From: Methanobacteriota archaeon
GTDB taxonomy: Archaea; Methanobacteriota; Methanobacteria; Methanobacteriales; Methanobacteriaceae
Reading direction: 5' to 3'
Length of the DNA: 64,000 bases
NCBI GenBank assembly: GCA_963787255.1
Contig: CAWBCJ010000010.1
Coordinates: forward strand, 148,373 to 212,372
Every line of letters begins with the position of its first letter. The stretch's first letter is position 1. Both the position numbers and the translations under genes were made by a program. Shown here one piece after another: positions 1 through 11,071 of this stretch. The notes below the pieces were generated by a model that saw nothing but the letters and a program-made list of their open reading frames with translations, was not told the origin of the DNA and ran no database searches.

Positions 1-71
1 TCAATTTTAACATCGTATTCTTCTCCTTCATTTATAGGAGCAATATTTCCTCTATTATCTCTTCCAAACAA
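1..71 (-). CDS. Single-TRAM-domain RNA-binding protein, N-terminal part (runs off the window)
   Basis: Manual translation from TTG at 71: MFGRDNRGNIAPINEGEEYDVKI, the typical start of archaeal stand-alone TRAM proteins; AGGATGTGA SD-like sequence upstream. Confidence 0.7.
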   Translation of the reverse strand, partial: MFGRDNRGNIAPINEGEEYDVKI

Positions 72-411
72 TTCATCACATCCTTAAATATAGCTAATAA
101 AATGGTTTATACAATTTTTTATTTTGGATACTATATAAAATGATGCATATAAAAGAAAAATGAGAAAAATTAAAGTACCCTTAGGATTAACTCTCATTCT
201 ACAATATAATAAGTCTTTAGTGGACTTTTTTTATCCTCTGACTTACAAAGTCCGTCGAACAGGAAGTATAGCCATTAAATTGGATATAAGGCTTGAATAT
301 GAGATTATATGGAATATTGAGTATCATTACTTTTTTTATTTGAAAATTTAGAATTTAAATACTTTATAAGATAAAAAGAAATTTAAGAAATAAGTAATAA
401 TAATATTCATT

Positions 412-1344
412 ATGGTTATTACAAAATTTGATAAGGAAAAATTTCTTAAATTTATCAAATTAGGAAAACCCCACCTAGCAGGTAGTTTATTTTTTTATTT
501 TTCTATAGGGGCATTACTTGCCATTTTATTCAATGCACAATTCGATTTAAGTAAATTTATACTGGGATGGATCATAATATTTTTGTCTGGATGGGCAGTT
601 CATTACCATAATGATTACTTTGATTTTAAAACAGACCATTATACAATACCCACTGCTATTTCTGGTGGCAGCGGGATCCTAATAGAACATCCTGAATGGA
701 GAAAATTATCACTAATAATGGCCATCACATTAATTGCTTTGTCTATTGCTCTTTCAATAATTTTTACTTTAATTTTTTCATATCCTACTACTTTTATCTT
801 TTTTGTTATTATTGGTAATATTATAGCATGGTTTTACGCTGCTCCCCCTATTAAATTATCTTATCGAGGATTAGGTGAATTTGGAAACACTGCAATTGGT
901 CTTCTATTTCCAGGAATGGGTTATTTTACGTTAATGGGAACTTTAAACCTTCCTTTCTTCATTTTTATCATACCGATGTTGTTTTTACAAATGTTATTTG
1001 CAAATAGTGTAGAGATCCCGGATATGGAAGGAGATAGAATTGGGGGTAAAATTACATGGATAGTTTCAAGAGGCCGTAAATTTGGTTTTAAAGTAATTGC
1101 AATTTCGGGATTGATGGCCACAATGTCATTTCTTTCTTTATCTCTCACAAGTATATTTCCTTCAAATATTGATTTTAGAATACTAGCGATAATATCATTA
1201 ATTCCACTAAGTTTAGGAATTATAGAGCTAATAAAGAAACCAATAGATAAAAAATCTGCCACTAAATTCTGCACCTATAATCTTGCTTCAATCATCGTAA
1301 CAGCAATTTTAATTAATTTTTATTTTATATATCTCATACTATAA
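412..1344 (+). CDS. UbiA-family prenyltransferase, MenA-like
   Basis: Multi-TM protein with NDYFD, SGGSG, YAAPP and DMEGD motifs. Confidence 0.85.
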   Translation: MVITKFDKEKFLKFIKLGKPHLAGSLFFYFSIGALLAILFNAQFDLSKFILGWIIIFLSGWAVHYHNDYFDFKTDHYTIPTAISGGSGILIEHPEWRKLSLIMAITLIALSIALSIIFTLIFSYPTTFIFFVIIGNIIAWFYAAPPIKLSYRGLGEFGNTAIGLLFPGMGYFTLMGTLNLPFFIFIIPMLFLQMLFANSVEIPDMEGDRIGGKITWIVSRGRKFGFKVIAISGLMATMSFLSLSLTSIFPSNIDFRILAIISLIPLSLGIIELIKKPIDKKSATKFCTYNLASIIVTAILINFYFIYLIL

Positions 1345-1371
1345 GTAAATAATATATTAGACAGGTAGAAA

Positions 1372-2295
1372 ATGAATAAAAACACTGATACTTTATTTAA
1401 AATTATTAAGTTAGGAAGACCGCATGTTTTAGCGGGTAATTTTCTTCTTTTTACCATGGGAGCATTGCTCGCAGTATTATTGAACGCACAATTTAACTTA
1501 AACGAATTTATATTTGGATATTCTATTTTATTTACAGCCCATCTTTCAGTGCATTACAGTAATGATTATTTTGATTTTGAAGCAGATCATTATAATATTC
1601 CAAATGCAATTTCAAATGGTAGAGGGATTCTTGTTGAAAATCCCTATTTAAAAGAGTTTTCAAAACTATTTTCTATCTTTTTGATGATATTATCTCTTGC
1701 TCTTGCAGCAGTTTTTACATTTTTATTCAGTTATCCTCTAACTTTTTTCTTTTTTTTCTTGTTTGGGAACCTATTAGCATGGTTTTACACAGCTCCTCCT
1801 ATAAAACTAGTTTATCGAAGATTAGGTGAAATTGCAAACATAATTGCTGTCATTATTTTTTTAGGTGCAGGTTATTTTACTTTAATGGGAACTTTAGACC
1901 TTCCTTTTTTAATTTTTTCTATACCTGTAATATTTTTGCAAATAATATTCATTAATAGCTTTGAAATACCAGATATGGAGGGGGATAAATTAGGAGGTAA
2001 AATCACATGGATAGTATCATGGGGCCGTGGATTCGGTTTTAAATTGATTGCCATTTCTGCATTTTTAGCCACTCTCTCATTTTTTCTAATTTCATTCACA
2101 AATTTATTTCCCGCAAGTATAAATTTCCGAATACTTACTTTTATATCTTTGATTCCATTGGGTTTAGCATTCATCGGATTATTTAAAAAACCAGTAGATA
2201 GAAAATCGGCAACTGAACTTGCAAGCATTAATGTTGCATGCCTTTTTTTTATATCGATTTTAGTCAATATTTATTTTATTTATATCTTGATATAA
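1372..2295 (+). CDS. UbiA-family prenyltransferase, MenA-like (tandem paralog)
   Basis: Collinear with the upstream gene; NDYFD, YTAPP and EIPDMEGD motifs; 27-bp gap. Confidence 0.85.
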   Translation: MNKNTDTLFKIIKLGRPHVLAGNFLLFTMGALLAVLLNAQFNLNEFIFGYSILFTAHLSVHYSNDYFDFEADHYNIPNAISNGRGILVENPYLKEFSKLFSIFLMILSLALAAVFTFLFSYPLTFFFFFLFGNLLAWFYTAPPIKLVYRRLGEIANIIAVIIFLGAGYFTLMGTLDLPFLIFSIPVIFLQIIFINSFEIPDMEGDKLGGKITWIVSWGRGFGFKLIAISAFLATLSFFLISFTNLFPASINFRILTFISLIPLGLAFIGLFKKPVDRKSATELASINVACLFFISILVNIYFIYILI

Positions 2296-2597
2296 TATTA
2301 TAAAAACAAAAAGAATTCCTCCGTTCCCTTATTAAAAGAGAAAAAGATATTATACCCGTTTAAAAATAAAAATATTATTAATTATACATAAATAAAACTC
2401 TATACTTTTTTAAATTAAATTTGATACTTTTTAACAATTTAATGAATTTTTAGTTATTAGACTCTTCATCTTTACTTTTCCCGAAGCCCTTAAGATTATA
2501 TTAAAGTATCCCTAAAAGGGCATAGAAATCCTACCCTACGGTCAATATCACGTATTTTTGGTTGTATATACTCTTTTTTTATAATTGCGGAATATTA

Positions 2598-2741
2598 AAA
2601 TTTAAAGAACGCAGAAAAGCAGTCGAGCATCATGTTGAAGAAGAAGATAAACTCTTCCCAAAATCCAAAAAAAAGTTAAAAGACGATGAATAAAAAGAAA
2701 TGGCCACCAAGATAGAGGAAGAAAAATCAAAAATGATGTAA
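2598..2741 (+). pseudogene. C-terminal remnant of a hemerythrin/HHE cation-binding domain protein
   Basis: Reads KFKERRKAVEHHVEEEDKLFPKSKKKLKDDE*KEMATKIEEEKSKMM*; HHxEEE..LFP motif, internal stop, no 5' part. Confidence 0.6.
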
Positions 2742-2933
2742 ATCCCATATTTTTTATTGAAGTGATTAATGAAATTTTAGTTTAGCAACGTTTTTAATAA
2801 ACATGCTTATTAATATTCTTTTCTAAAAATAAACCGATAGAAAGTAATATTAATATTAAGTTTCATAATATCGTTAGACATCTGACTTATTATATCCAAT
2901 AGGTGTCCAATATTATTATCAGGAGCGTTATAA

Positions 2934-3116
2934 ATGGTGGAAAAAAGCAAATGGATAATTAAATGTGATAGCTGTGGAAAGGAATATGATATACCTCAAA
3001 ATATTCCAACAAAAATTGAGGACATGGAAGGGCAAGATCAGATGGTTCTTGAGGCCCCGCCAGAATGTCCATCCTGCAAAACCATGAATTCACGTCTTGC
3101 AACCTTAAAATCTTAA
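2934..3116 (+). CDS. Small zinc-finger protein (CxxC...CPxC)
   Basis: CDSC and CPSC pairs; AGGAG SD upstream. Confidence 0.65.
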   Translation: MVEKSKWIIKCDSCGKEYDIPQNIPTKIEDMEGQDQMVLEAPPECPSCKTMNSRLATLKS

Positions 3117-3121
3117 AGAAT

Positions 3122-3388
3122 TTATTTAGCCATCATCTTTATGTGGTTAATTTTTTCTGTTACTGTCAATAGATTGTTAGTTAATTGTTCTAATTTATCT
3201 GCCACAATAGATTCGGTCATTTCTTCTAAATGGGGTTCATAAAGCATTGTGAAAACTTTTAGCTCATCTTTAGAATGATTTTCCCTATTATATTTTCCAA
3301 TATGTTCTAATCCTAACTGGAGCTCTTCATATGCCCGTATCTGCCCGATTAGACTAATTTTCTGGTTAGTCAGTTGCTCTAATTCCAT
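3122..3388 (-). CDS. Hypothetical helical protein
   Basis: 88-aa ORF with GGGGAGTGG SD. Confidence 0.6.
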   Translation of the reverse strand: MELEQLTNQKISLIGQIRAYEELQLGLEHIGKYNRENHSKDELKVFTMLYEPHLEEMTESIVADKLEQLTNNLLTVTEKINHIKMMAK

Positions 3389-4046
3389 ATATCCACTCCC
3401 CTACGTGATTTATATAAAATATATTAGTTGATTAAAAGTTATTATCATTATTTTAGCTTTATTTTGTTAAAAAAGCTCAATAATATCTAAAAACCATTTA
3501 ATATATTACCTGGGCTTAGAACTATAAATTATACCGCATAATAAATGGTTCTACAAATCTTAAATTATTAAATTTATCTATGGAGTATATTATGTTTTTT
3601 TTTAAATAAATATATTTGCATGAAAATTTTAGAACTTTTAATCTTAGATATAGAAATATGGTTCTAGTTTAAAAAATAAGCAGATATTGTCAATTCATGC
3701 CCATTAAGAATATTTTATAAAGCTTATATCGTAAATAAAGGTTATTAATTACTATTAATGGAAAAGTTCAATTTTTATGAAAAAGAATTTTAATAGTTCA
3801 TAATATAACATTTTCTTCCAAACTGTTTATTCTATTAAAAATTTAAATGAATTATGATATCATAGGTGTTATCTTGTTGGAAAAAGAAGCTAGAAGTGTT
3901 GATTCTTGATTTGTAAGTATAAATAATATTAAGAGAATGAATTAATATATTTAATAAAAATATTATTTTTATAAACTTTTAAATACTTTTAAAATAAATT
4001 TCTAAAAAAATAGTCAATTCAATTAAAAAAGATCAGAGGACGAAAT

Positions 4047-6440
4047 ATGAATGCAAAAGAAGTTCTATCCAAATCTAAACCAATAATAATCATAATAATA
4101 CTATTCTCAATAGTATTTTTACTTAGAGCGGATTCGGTATATTTGTCCAGCATACCTGACGATTTGAAGTCTTTTTATCAGGATCAAAACGGACAACCTT
4201 ATTTTAGTGAAATGGATTCTTATTATAACTATAGAATGACCCAGGATTACCTGGAAAACGGCCATTTAGGTGATGTAATAATTAACGGCACGCAATGGGA
4301 TCAGCATTCATATTATCCTGAGGGTAGATCTGCAGAATATCCTCCTTTAATTGTATATATAACGGCTTTTGTCTATAAATTCCTGAATTTATTCACCACA
4401 ATTCCTTTAACCGCGGTCAGTTATTGGATTGCACCAATTATCGCGTCTCTATGTGTTATTCCGGCATATTTGTTTGTAAGTAGGCTTACTAATGACTATG
4501 GAGGAATAGCTGCAGCACTTTTGGTAGCATTAGCACCTGCCTATTTTGCACACACATTTGCAGGATTTTTTGATACAGACATGTTCAATGTGATTATGCC
4601 AATTCTGGTAGTATGGTTCTTTGTTGAAAGTATGCGTGCAAATAACATTAAGAATAGATCAATTTTTGTAATCCTTTCTGCAGTTTCCATGTTCATATTT
4701 TCTACTGCATGGGAAGGATGGTGGTATATGTTTTACATCGTTATTGGTGTAGGCGTAGTATACCTATTAGTATCTAACTACCTCTTTAAAATGAAAACAA
4801 TAAAGCCATTTAAAGAGTATCCTGACAAAATTACATGGTTTAAGGATCAAAAAGCGCTTTTCACACTATTAATTTTCATCGTCGCAAGCTCTATTTTAAT
4901 CATGTTTAATTTGGGTGTATCCGGATTCTTTGGAACATTAATAAGTGCATTCGGATTTACAAACATTCAATCATCTGTTCAGGGTACTTCCTATCCAAAC
5001 GTATTGGTTTCTATTTCAGAACTGCAGATACCTACAATTTCTGATGTTGCAAGCGGTACTGGAATAGGTGCATTTGTACTTGGTATTTTGTGTGTTCCAT
5101 TATTAATCTGGAAATTTAAACCGGATTTAATTAAAAGTGAGAGCAATAATAAAAATAAAGCTCCAAAAAGGAAAACAAAACCAAGAAGGAGACAAAAAAG
5201 AAATAAGACTGAAATTGCAGAAGAAAAGATCAAAGAAACAAAAAAGGTAATAGATCCTGCATTAATGAAGAAAAGAATGAATTACCTTCTTTACATAGTC
5301 TTATTTGCCGTATGGCTTTTATTAACTGCATACACCGTTACCAAAGGTTCAAGGTTCATTGAAGGATTTTCAATCCCAATTGGACTAGCTGCAGGTCTTT
5401 TCATAGGTTTAATAGTTCCTAACATTGCAAAACGCATTAAAAATGCTAAATATTGCGCAATAGCAATGTTAATTATAATTGCGGCCGTTTCGTATCCTTC
5501 TGTTGCAGGAGCATACACTATTTCCAATTCAGTAATTCCAGGTACAGATGATTCAATGTACAGTTCTTTGGAATACATTAAAAACAACACTGCAGAAAAT
5601 ACAGTTATCACTTCCTGGTGGGATTTCGGCCACCTTTTTGCAGCAGTATCTGATAGACCTATAACGTTTGATGGGGCTTCTCAAAACAATCCAAGAGCAT
5701 ATTGGGTTGGAAAAGCACTTTTAACTAACAATGAAGATCTTTCTGCAGGAATACTTAGAATGTTAACGACAAGTGGAGATAAAGGATACCTTACCCTTGA
5801 AAACTACACAAAAAATACTGGAAAGAGTGTAGAAATACTGGATAAGATTTTGCCAGTTGATAAACAGAGTGCACAGACAATATTAATCAATGAGTATAAA
5901 TTAACTCCTGATCAAGCGCAAAATGTCCTTAAATACACACATCCTGACAATCCTAATCCTCATGTGTTTATTACAAGCAGCGATATGCTTGGTAAAGCAG
6001 CATGGTGGTCTTACTTTGGAGGATGGAATTTCCAGAATAACACAGGACAGCATTATATTTACTCTGCAGCACAGGCAACACCACAGAACGTTAATGGAAC
6101 AACAGTACTCACAGCTGAAAATGGAGTAGTAGCTCAGATAAATGGAACTGAAATAACTGCTGGACTTAAGTATAGTCAGGGTAATCAGACACAGATAATA
6201 GCACCTCACAAACTTACAGTAATAGCGAATAACAAATTAGTCAAAAATGAGGTAGTTTCCAGTGAAAGCCCAATTAGCATAATCCTGATAGTTGAAAACA
6301 ACACCAGTTTAGCAATTGTAATGAACAAGGAGCTTGAAGATTCCATGTTCACCCGTTTGTTCATCTTTAGAGGTGCAGGACTTAGTAAATTTAAGATTGC
6401 TTATGAAAAACCGGGAGTAACTGTCTGGAACGTGACTTAA
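4047..6440 (+). CDS. aglB: Oligosaccharyltransferase AglB (STT3 family)
   Basis: DSYY, FFDTD, SISE, WWDFG and DMLGK motifs; multi-TM N-terminus plus soluble C-terminal domain. Confidence 0.95.
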   Translation: MNAKEVLSKSKPIIIIIILFSIVFLLRADSVYLSSIPDDLKSFYQDQNGQPYFSEMDSYYNYRMTQDYLENGHLGDVIINGTQWDQHSYYPEGRSAEYPPLIVYITAFVYKFLNLFTTIPLTAVSYWIAPIIASLCVIPAYLFVSRLTNDYGGIAAALLVALAPAYFAHTFAGFFDTDMFNVIMPILVVWFFVESMRANNIKNRSIFVILSAVSMFIFSTAWEGWWYMFYIVIGVGVVYLLVSNYLFKMKTIKPFKEYPDKITWFKDQKALFTLLIFIVASSILIMFNLGVSGFFGTLISAFGFTNIQSSVQGTSYPNVLVSISELQIPTISDVASGTGIGAFVLGILCVPLLIWKFKPDLIKSESNNKNKAPKRKTKPRRRQKRNKTEIAEEKIKETKKVIDPALMKKRMNYLLYIVLFAVWLLLTAYTVTKGSRFIEGFSIPIGLAAGLFIGLIVPNIAKRIKNAKYCAIAMLIIIAAVSYPSVAGAYTISNSVIPGTDDSMYSSLEYIKNNTAENTVITSWWDFGHLFAAVSDRPITFDGASQNNPRAYWVGKALLTNNEDLSAGILRMLTTSGDKGYLTLENYTKNTGKSVEILDKILPVDKQSAQTILINEYKLTPDQAQNVLKYTHPDNPNPHVFITSSDMLGKAAWWSYFGGWNFQNNTGQHYIYSAAQATPQNVNGTTVLTAENGVVAQINGTEITAGLKYSQGNQTQIIAPHKLTVIANNKLVKNEVVSSESPISIILIVENNTSLAIVMNKELEDSMFTRLFIFRGAGLSKFKIAYEKPGVTVWNVT

Positions 6441-6462
6441 AAAAGAATAGGATTAAGAATAA

Positions 6463-6484
6463 TAGATTCCAAATCTGGAATCTA
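6463..6484. terminator. Hairpin between the convergent aglB and CBS genes
   Basis: TAGATTCCA-AATC-TGGAATCTA perfect 9-bp stem followed by a T-run. Confidence 0.5.
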
Positions 6485-6494
6485 ATATTTTTTT

Positions 6495-6875
6495 TTACAT
6501 TATTTTTCGAATTTTATCTATAAGGATATCTGTAGCACTAACTATCCCTACAATTTGCCCTGCTTCTTCTACAGGTAATCTCCAGATACCGTGATCTGCC
6601 ATTTCTTTTGCGGCCTTTTCAACAGGAGTATCACTATGGACTGTTACAAGGTGAGTTTCCATGGTGTCATGGACTTTAACGTCTTTTAAATTATCTTTAG
6701 ACCCTATTGCTTCTAAAATGTCCCATGTGGTAACTATTCCTACAACTTCTCCATTTTTTTCCACTATTAAGCTTCCACCTTCACCTTCTTCGGTTGATTT
6801 CTTTAAAGCAGCTTCCAAAGTTTCATTTTCACCTATAGTTTCAACTCCTTCCACCATGATTTCTTTAACTTCCAT
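6495..6875 (-). CDS. Tandem CBS-domain protein
   Basis: Two CBS repeats (VVGIVT, RLPV..IVGIVSATD). Confidence 0.9.
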   Translation of the reverse strand: MEVKEIMVEGVETIGENETLEAALKKSTEEGEGGSLIVEKNGEVVGIVTTWDILEAIGSKDNLKDVKVHDTMETHLVTVHSDTPVEKAAKEMADHGIWRLPVEEAGQIVGIVSATDILIDKIRKIM

Positions 6876-7341
6876 TGTATCACCTTTTTTAGTTTTTAAA
6901 ATTTTAAGGTAAATTTCACAAATATTATTAAGTTTAAAGTAATTATTATCATTTTCTGTTAAAATTCCATTTTCATTTTACTAAAAACATTTTTAAGGAT
7001 AAAAAATTAATAATAGTTATATTTAATTATAGTCAAGTGCAAAAGCTTTTAAACTAAATAACTCCACGGGATAATGGAAAAGACAAATTAATATTAAATA
7101 ACTGAACACATATCCCCGATTTTTATGAATAAATTCAATAAATCATGCTCTTAACTATAATAAAATGTTTAAAGGACTATAATTTTAAATGGAGTGTTAT
7201 TGTTCATATAATCGTCATTAAACTAACTCCTTATCTGGAATTTAAGTAAAATTCCGTATATTTTGCAAAAAAAAGCGTAGTAAGGAGTTAATATTAAATT
7301 TACTAATCAACAACAATTTTTCAATTTAAACTAATTTTTAT

Positions 7342-8445
7342 GTGATAATTATGGCTCTTGAGGATAGAATTAAACAGATTGAAGATGAAATTAAAAAAAC
7401 GCCATATAATAAGGCCACTTCACACCACATAGGTAAACTTAAAGCTAAATTATCAAAGCTTAAAGAAGACTCCTTACAAAGAAGCAGTAAATCGACTAAA
7501 GGGAAAGGATTTCACATTAAAAAAAGTGGAGATTCCACAGTTGTGCTTGTAGGGTTCCCTTCAGTTGGAAAATCAACAATTCTAAATGACATCACCAATG
7601 CAGAATCTAAAATTGGAGAATACGAATTTACAACACTTGAAATAATTCCAGGGATTATGGAATATGAGGGTGCAAAAATTCAGATACTTGATATTCCCGG
7701 AATAATTACCGGAGCTTCAAGGGGTAAAGGTCGTGGAAGGGAGATTCTCTCAGTTGCAAGAAACGCTGATTTAATATTAATTATTCTTGATGTATTTAAC
7801 CCCCAACATTTTGATGTTATAACAGATGAGCTTAAAAATATAGGCATAAGACCAAATGAAGAGCGTTCAGATGTTACTGTAAAACAGAAAAAGATGGGAG
7901 GGCTCAGGGTTTCTTCTACAGTGGAACTTACGAATATCGATGAGAGAACCATCAGATCAGTATTGAATGAATATGGAATACACAGTGCTGATGTCCTTAT
8001 AAGGAACGATGTGACTGTAGATCAATTTATTGATAGTTTAGATGTAAGCTGCAAGTATATTCCTACTTTAAAGGTTGTAAATAAGATAGATTTAGCAGAT
8101 AAAGATTATCTTAATAAAATTGAATATGAAATGCCAGATGCAATGTTTATATCTGCAAATAAGCAAATTAATGTTGAAGAACTTAAAAGAGAAATATTTG
8201 ATAAATTGGCCCTTATCCGTATATATTTAAAGCCTCAAGGTAAAAAGGCTGATTATGAGGAACCACTTATAATAAGGAGAGATTCTACAGTTAAAGATGT
8301 GGCAAATAAACTCCACCGAGATTTTGTTAGGAATTTTAGGCATGCCAAAATTTGGGGAACATCTGTAAAATTTGAAGGTCAAAAAGTAGGATTAGATCAT
8401 GTTTTAAACGATGGCGATGTTTTGAGAATCATAGTAAAAAAATAA
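7342..8445 (+). CDS. DRG/OBG-family GTPase with TGS domain (start may be ATG 7351)
   Basis: [17 protein letters not shown] and NKID motifs; C-terminal TGS domain. Confidence 0.95.
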   Translation: MIIMALEDRIKQIEDEIKKTPYNKATSHHIGKLKAKLSKLKEDSLQRSSKSTKGKGFHIKKSGDSTVVLVGFPSVGKSTILNDITNAESKIGEYEFTTLEIIPGIMEYEGAKIQILDIPGIITGASRGKGRGREILSVARNADLILIILDVFNPQHFDVITDELKNIGIRPNEERSDVTVKQKKMGGLRVSSTVELTNIDERTIRSVLNEYGIHSADVLIRNDVTVDQFIDSLDVSCKYIPTLKVVNKIDLADKDYLNKIEYEMPDAMFISANKQINVEELKREIFDKLALIRIYLKPQGKKADYEEPLIIRRDSTVKDVANKLHRDFVRNFRHAKIWGTSVKFEGQKVGLDHVLNDGDVLRIIVKK

Positions 8446-8493
8446 CAATAGTGATATTAATAAAATAAATAAATAATAAACTGAAAGTTTATA

Positions 8494-9285
8494 ATGGGTG
8501 AAAAAATGAAACTGGATGACGTAATAATATCAAAAGCAATAATTCAGAGCTTTATGGAAGATTTCATTGATTATACAGACATTGATGTAGCAATAGGTGG
8601 GGGAGGACCAGCAGGACTTACAGCAGGTTATTACCTTGCCAAGGCAGGTCTTAAAGTTGCATTATTCGAAAGAAAATTAAGCATAGGCGGCGGAATGTGG
8701 GGCGGCGGCATGATGTTCAATAAAATAGTCGTTCAAGAAGAAAGTAGAAGAATTCTCGATGAATTCGGAATAAGAACCCAAAGATACGAAGAAGACTACT
8801 ATTTAGCCGACTCTATAGAATCTGTTTCAACTTTATGTTCTAAAGCAACCCAAGCAGGCCTTAAAATATTTAACCTCATGAGTATTGAAGATGTAATGAT
8901 CCAAGAAAACGAAGAAATTACAGGGCTTGTTTTAAACTGGAGTGCAGTTGAAATGGGAGGATTACACGTTGATCCACTAACTATAAGAACAAAAGCGGTT
9001 GTTGATGCAACAGGACACGACTGTGAAGTAGTAAAAGTCGTGGAAAGAAAAGTTGGACCAAATCTTAACACAAAAACTGGTAAAATCATTGGAGAAAAAC
9101 CAATGTGGGCAGAAGTTGGAGAAAAAGCACTTATGGATAATACTAAGGAAGTCTATCCAGGATTATACGTTACAGGAATGGCTGCAAACGCTGTTTACGG
9201 ATCTCCAAGAATGGGTCCAATATTTGGCGGAATGCTGTTATCCGGTGAAAAAATAGCTCAAATACTCATTGAAAAATTAAAATAA
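8494..9285 (+). CDS. thi4: Sulfide-dependent thiazole synthase Thi4
   Basis: [19 protein letters not shown] (His-type), DATGH and [10 protein letters not shown] motifs. Confidence 0.95.
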   Translation: MGEKMKLDDVIISKAIIQSFMEDFIDYTDIDVAIGGGGPAGLTAGYYLAKAGLKVALFERKLSIGGGMWGGGMMFNKIVVQEESRRILDEFGIRTQRYEEDYYLADSIESVSTLCSKATQAGLKIFNLMSIEDVMIQENEEITGLVLNWSAVEMGGLHVDPLTIRTKAVVDATGHDCEVVKVVERKVGPNLNTKTGKIIGEKPMWAEVGEKALMDNTKEVYPGLYVTGMAANAVYGSPRMGPIFGGMLLSGEKIAQILIEKLK

Positions 9286-9290
9286 AAAAA

Positions 9291-9851
9291 ATGATAATTC
9301 TAATTACAGGAACTCCAGGAGTGGGAAAAACCACTATTTCTAAAATTCTAGCAGAAAAATTAAATGCTCATCTTTTAGCCATCAATGAATTGGTGGATGA
9401 AAAGCATCTTTATACGGGCATTGATGAAGAACGAGGATATAAGATAGTGGATTTAGATGCCCTGTTTAATGAAATAGATAATATCATTGAAAAGGTTGAT
9501 AAATCTGATTACATTATTGTGGAAGGTCATCTTTCACATTTTTATGAAAATTCAGATACAGTAATTGTTTTAAGGGCTAATCCTGATATTTTAAGGGAAC
9601 GTTTAGAAGTTAAAGGCTGGAAAGAAGCCAAAATAAATGAAAATATTGAAGCTGAAGCCATTGGAGTTTGTTCCTATGAAGCCTATGAGATTCATGGGAA
9701 GAAAGCCAATGAAATAGATACAAGTAATATTTCTCCTCAAGATGTCGTTAATTTGATAATTGATGTGATAAATGGTGAAAAAAGGTTTCCTGTGGGGGAT
9801 GTGGATTTTCTGGAGTATTTAGGGAAGTTTGATATTTACTCCAGTTTGTAG
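9291..9851 (+). CDS. Adenylate kinase, AK6/Fap7 family
   Basis: ITGTPGVGKTT P-loop, VEGH motif, KINENIEAE. Confidence 0.9.
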   Translation: MIILITGTPGVGKTTISKILAEKLNAHLLAINELVDEKHLYTGIDEERGYKIVDLDALFNEIDNIIEKVDKSDYIIVEGHLSHFYENSDTVIVLRANPDILRERLEVKGWKEAKINENIEAEAIGVCSYEAYEIHGKKANEIDTSNISPQDVVNLIIDVINGEKRFPVGDVDFLEYLGKFDIYSSL

Positions 9852-9920
9852 ATAGTTATATAATTGGATTGGGGGTTTTAGAATTTTCTTCTATTTGATC
9901 TAATTTAAGGATAAGCGAAT

Positions 9921-10985
9921 ATGTACGATATAACGATTGTTGGAGCTGGACCTGCTGGTTCTGCTTTAGCAAGACTTCTAGGTAAAAAGCATAAAATACT
10001 GTTGTTAGACCGGCGTGAGTTAATATCATATAAAGAAGGTTCTTTTGAGAAATGTTGTGGTGGGCTTATTGCGCCAGATGCACAATATATGTTAGCTGAA
10101 CTCGGTTTAGGAGTACCTAAGGACGTATTAGTTGGTCCACAACTTTTTACTGTAAGAACCATCGACATTCAGAATAACATAGAGAGGTATTATCAAAGAC
10201 ATTATATTAATGTTGATAGGGAAAAGTTTGATAAATGGCTTGTATCTCTTATACCATCAAATGTAGATATTCGTTGCGGGACATTATACAAATCATACGA
10301 AAGTAAGGCTGATAAAATCATTGTCAATTTTTTATCAGACGGAAAAAGATATTATGAGGAAACAAAATTCTTAGTGGGCGCCGACGGGGCAAATTCTCTT
10401 TTGAGAAGACAACTAACAGGTAACAAGTTTGAAAAGATGTATATATCCATTCAAGAGTGGTTCAAAGTAAATCAAAATCAGCCTTATTACTCAGCGATAT
10501 TTGATAATGATATATCTGATTTTTACTCGTGGACTATTCCTAAAGATGGCTATTTGATTGTTGGGGCGGCAATTACGCCCAAAGATAACGTAAATCAAAA
10601 GTTCGACTTACTAAAAGAAAGATTAATTAATTATGGTTTTGAGCTTGATAGAAGTGTAAAAAAGAATGGGGCCTTTATATTAAGACCTCAAAGTACTAAG
10701 CAGATATTTCTGGGAAAAGATAACGTGTCACTTATTGGCGAGGCGGCGGGATGGATTAGTCCGACGTCTGCAGAAGGGCTGAGTTATGCTTTTAAAAGTG
10801 CAATTGCCTTAGCTAAAAGTTTTGATAGCAATCCTGGAAATTTAATAGGGGAATATTACAAGAACACAAAAGGACTAAGGATTAACATTTCACAGAAAAA
10901 CTTAAAGTCTCCTTTTATGTATAATCCATTAATACGGAAGATATTTATGAAATCGGGGATCTTAAGTATGAATATTAATAAATAA
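9921..10985 (+). CDS. FAD-dependent oxidoreductase, CbrA/geranylgeranyl-reductase-like, bacterial type
   Basis: GAGPAG, KCCGGL, GADGA and IGEAAGWISP motifs (GEAAG in place of GDAAG is typical of the CbrA group). Confidence 0.8.
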   Translation: MYDITIVGAGPAGSALARLLGKKHKILLLDRRELISYKEGSFEKCCGGLIAPDAQYMLAELGLGVPKDVLVGPQLFTVRTIDIQNNIERYYQRHYINVDREKFDKWLVSLIPSNVDIRCGTLYKSYESKADKIIVNFLSDGKRYYEETKFLVGADGANSLLRRQLTGNKFEKMYISIQEWFKVNQNQPYYSAIFDNDISDFYSWTIPKDGYLIVGAAITPKDNVNQKFDLLKERLINYGFELDRSVKKNGAFILRPQSTKQIFLGKDNVSLIGEAAGWISPTSAEGLSYAFKSAIALAKSFDSNPGNLIGEYYKNTKGLRINISQKNLKSPFMYNPLIRKIFMKSGILSMNINK

Positions 10986-10996
10986 AACCATATATA

Positions 10997-11071
10997 GTCT
11001 AACAGGGTATTGCTGTAACTTAGCAGGATGAATGCGATCAGGACGCTATAGGAATGCCCAGAACGTTAGGT
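10997..11071 (+). mobile_element. attC-like integron cassette recombination site
   Basis: GTCTAAC (RYYYAAC) 11 bp after the stop codon, GTTAGGT (GTTRRRY) at the other end, 75 bp long, imperfect internal inverted repeat GGGTATTGCTGTA / TATAGGAATGCCC. Confidence 0.55.

Noticed and set aside
160-351. 63-aa ORF
   Set aside because: No SD or recognisable motif; AT-rich divergent promoter region
5140-5260. Basic insertion in AglB as a mobile element
   Set aside because: Low-complexity K/R loop between TM helices with no palindromes; consistent with a variable cytoplasmic loop
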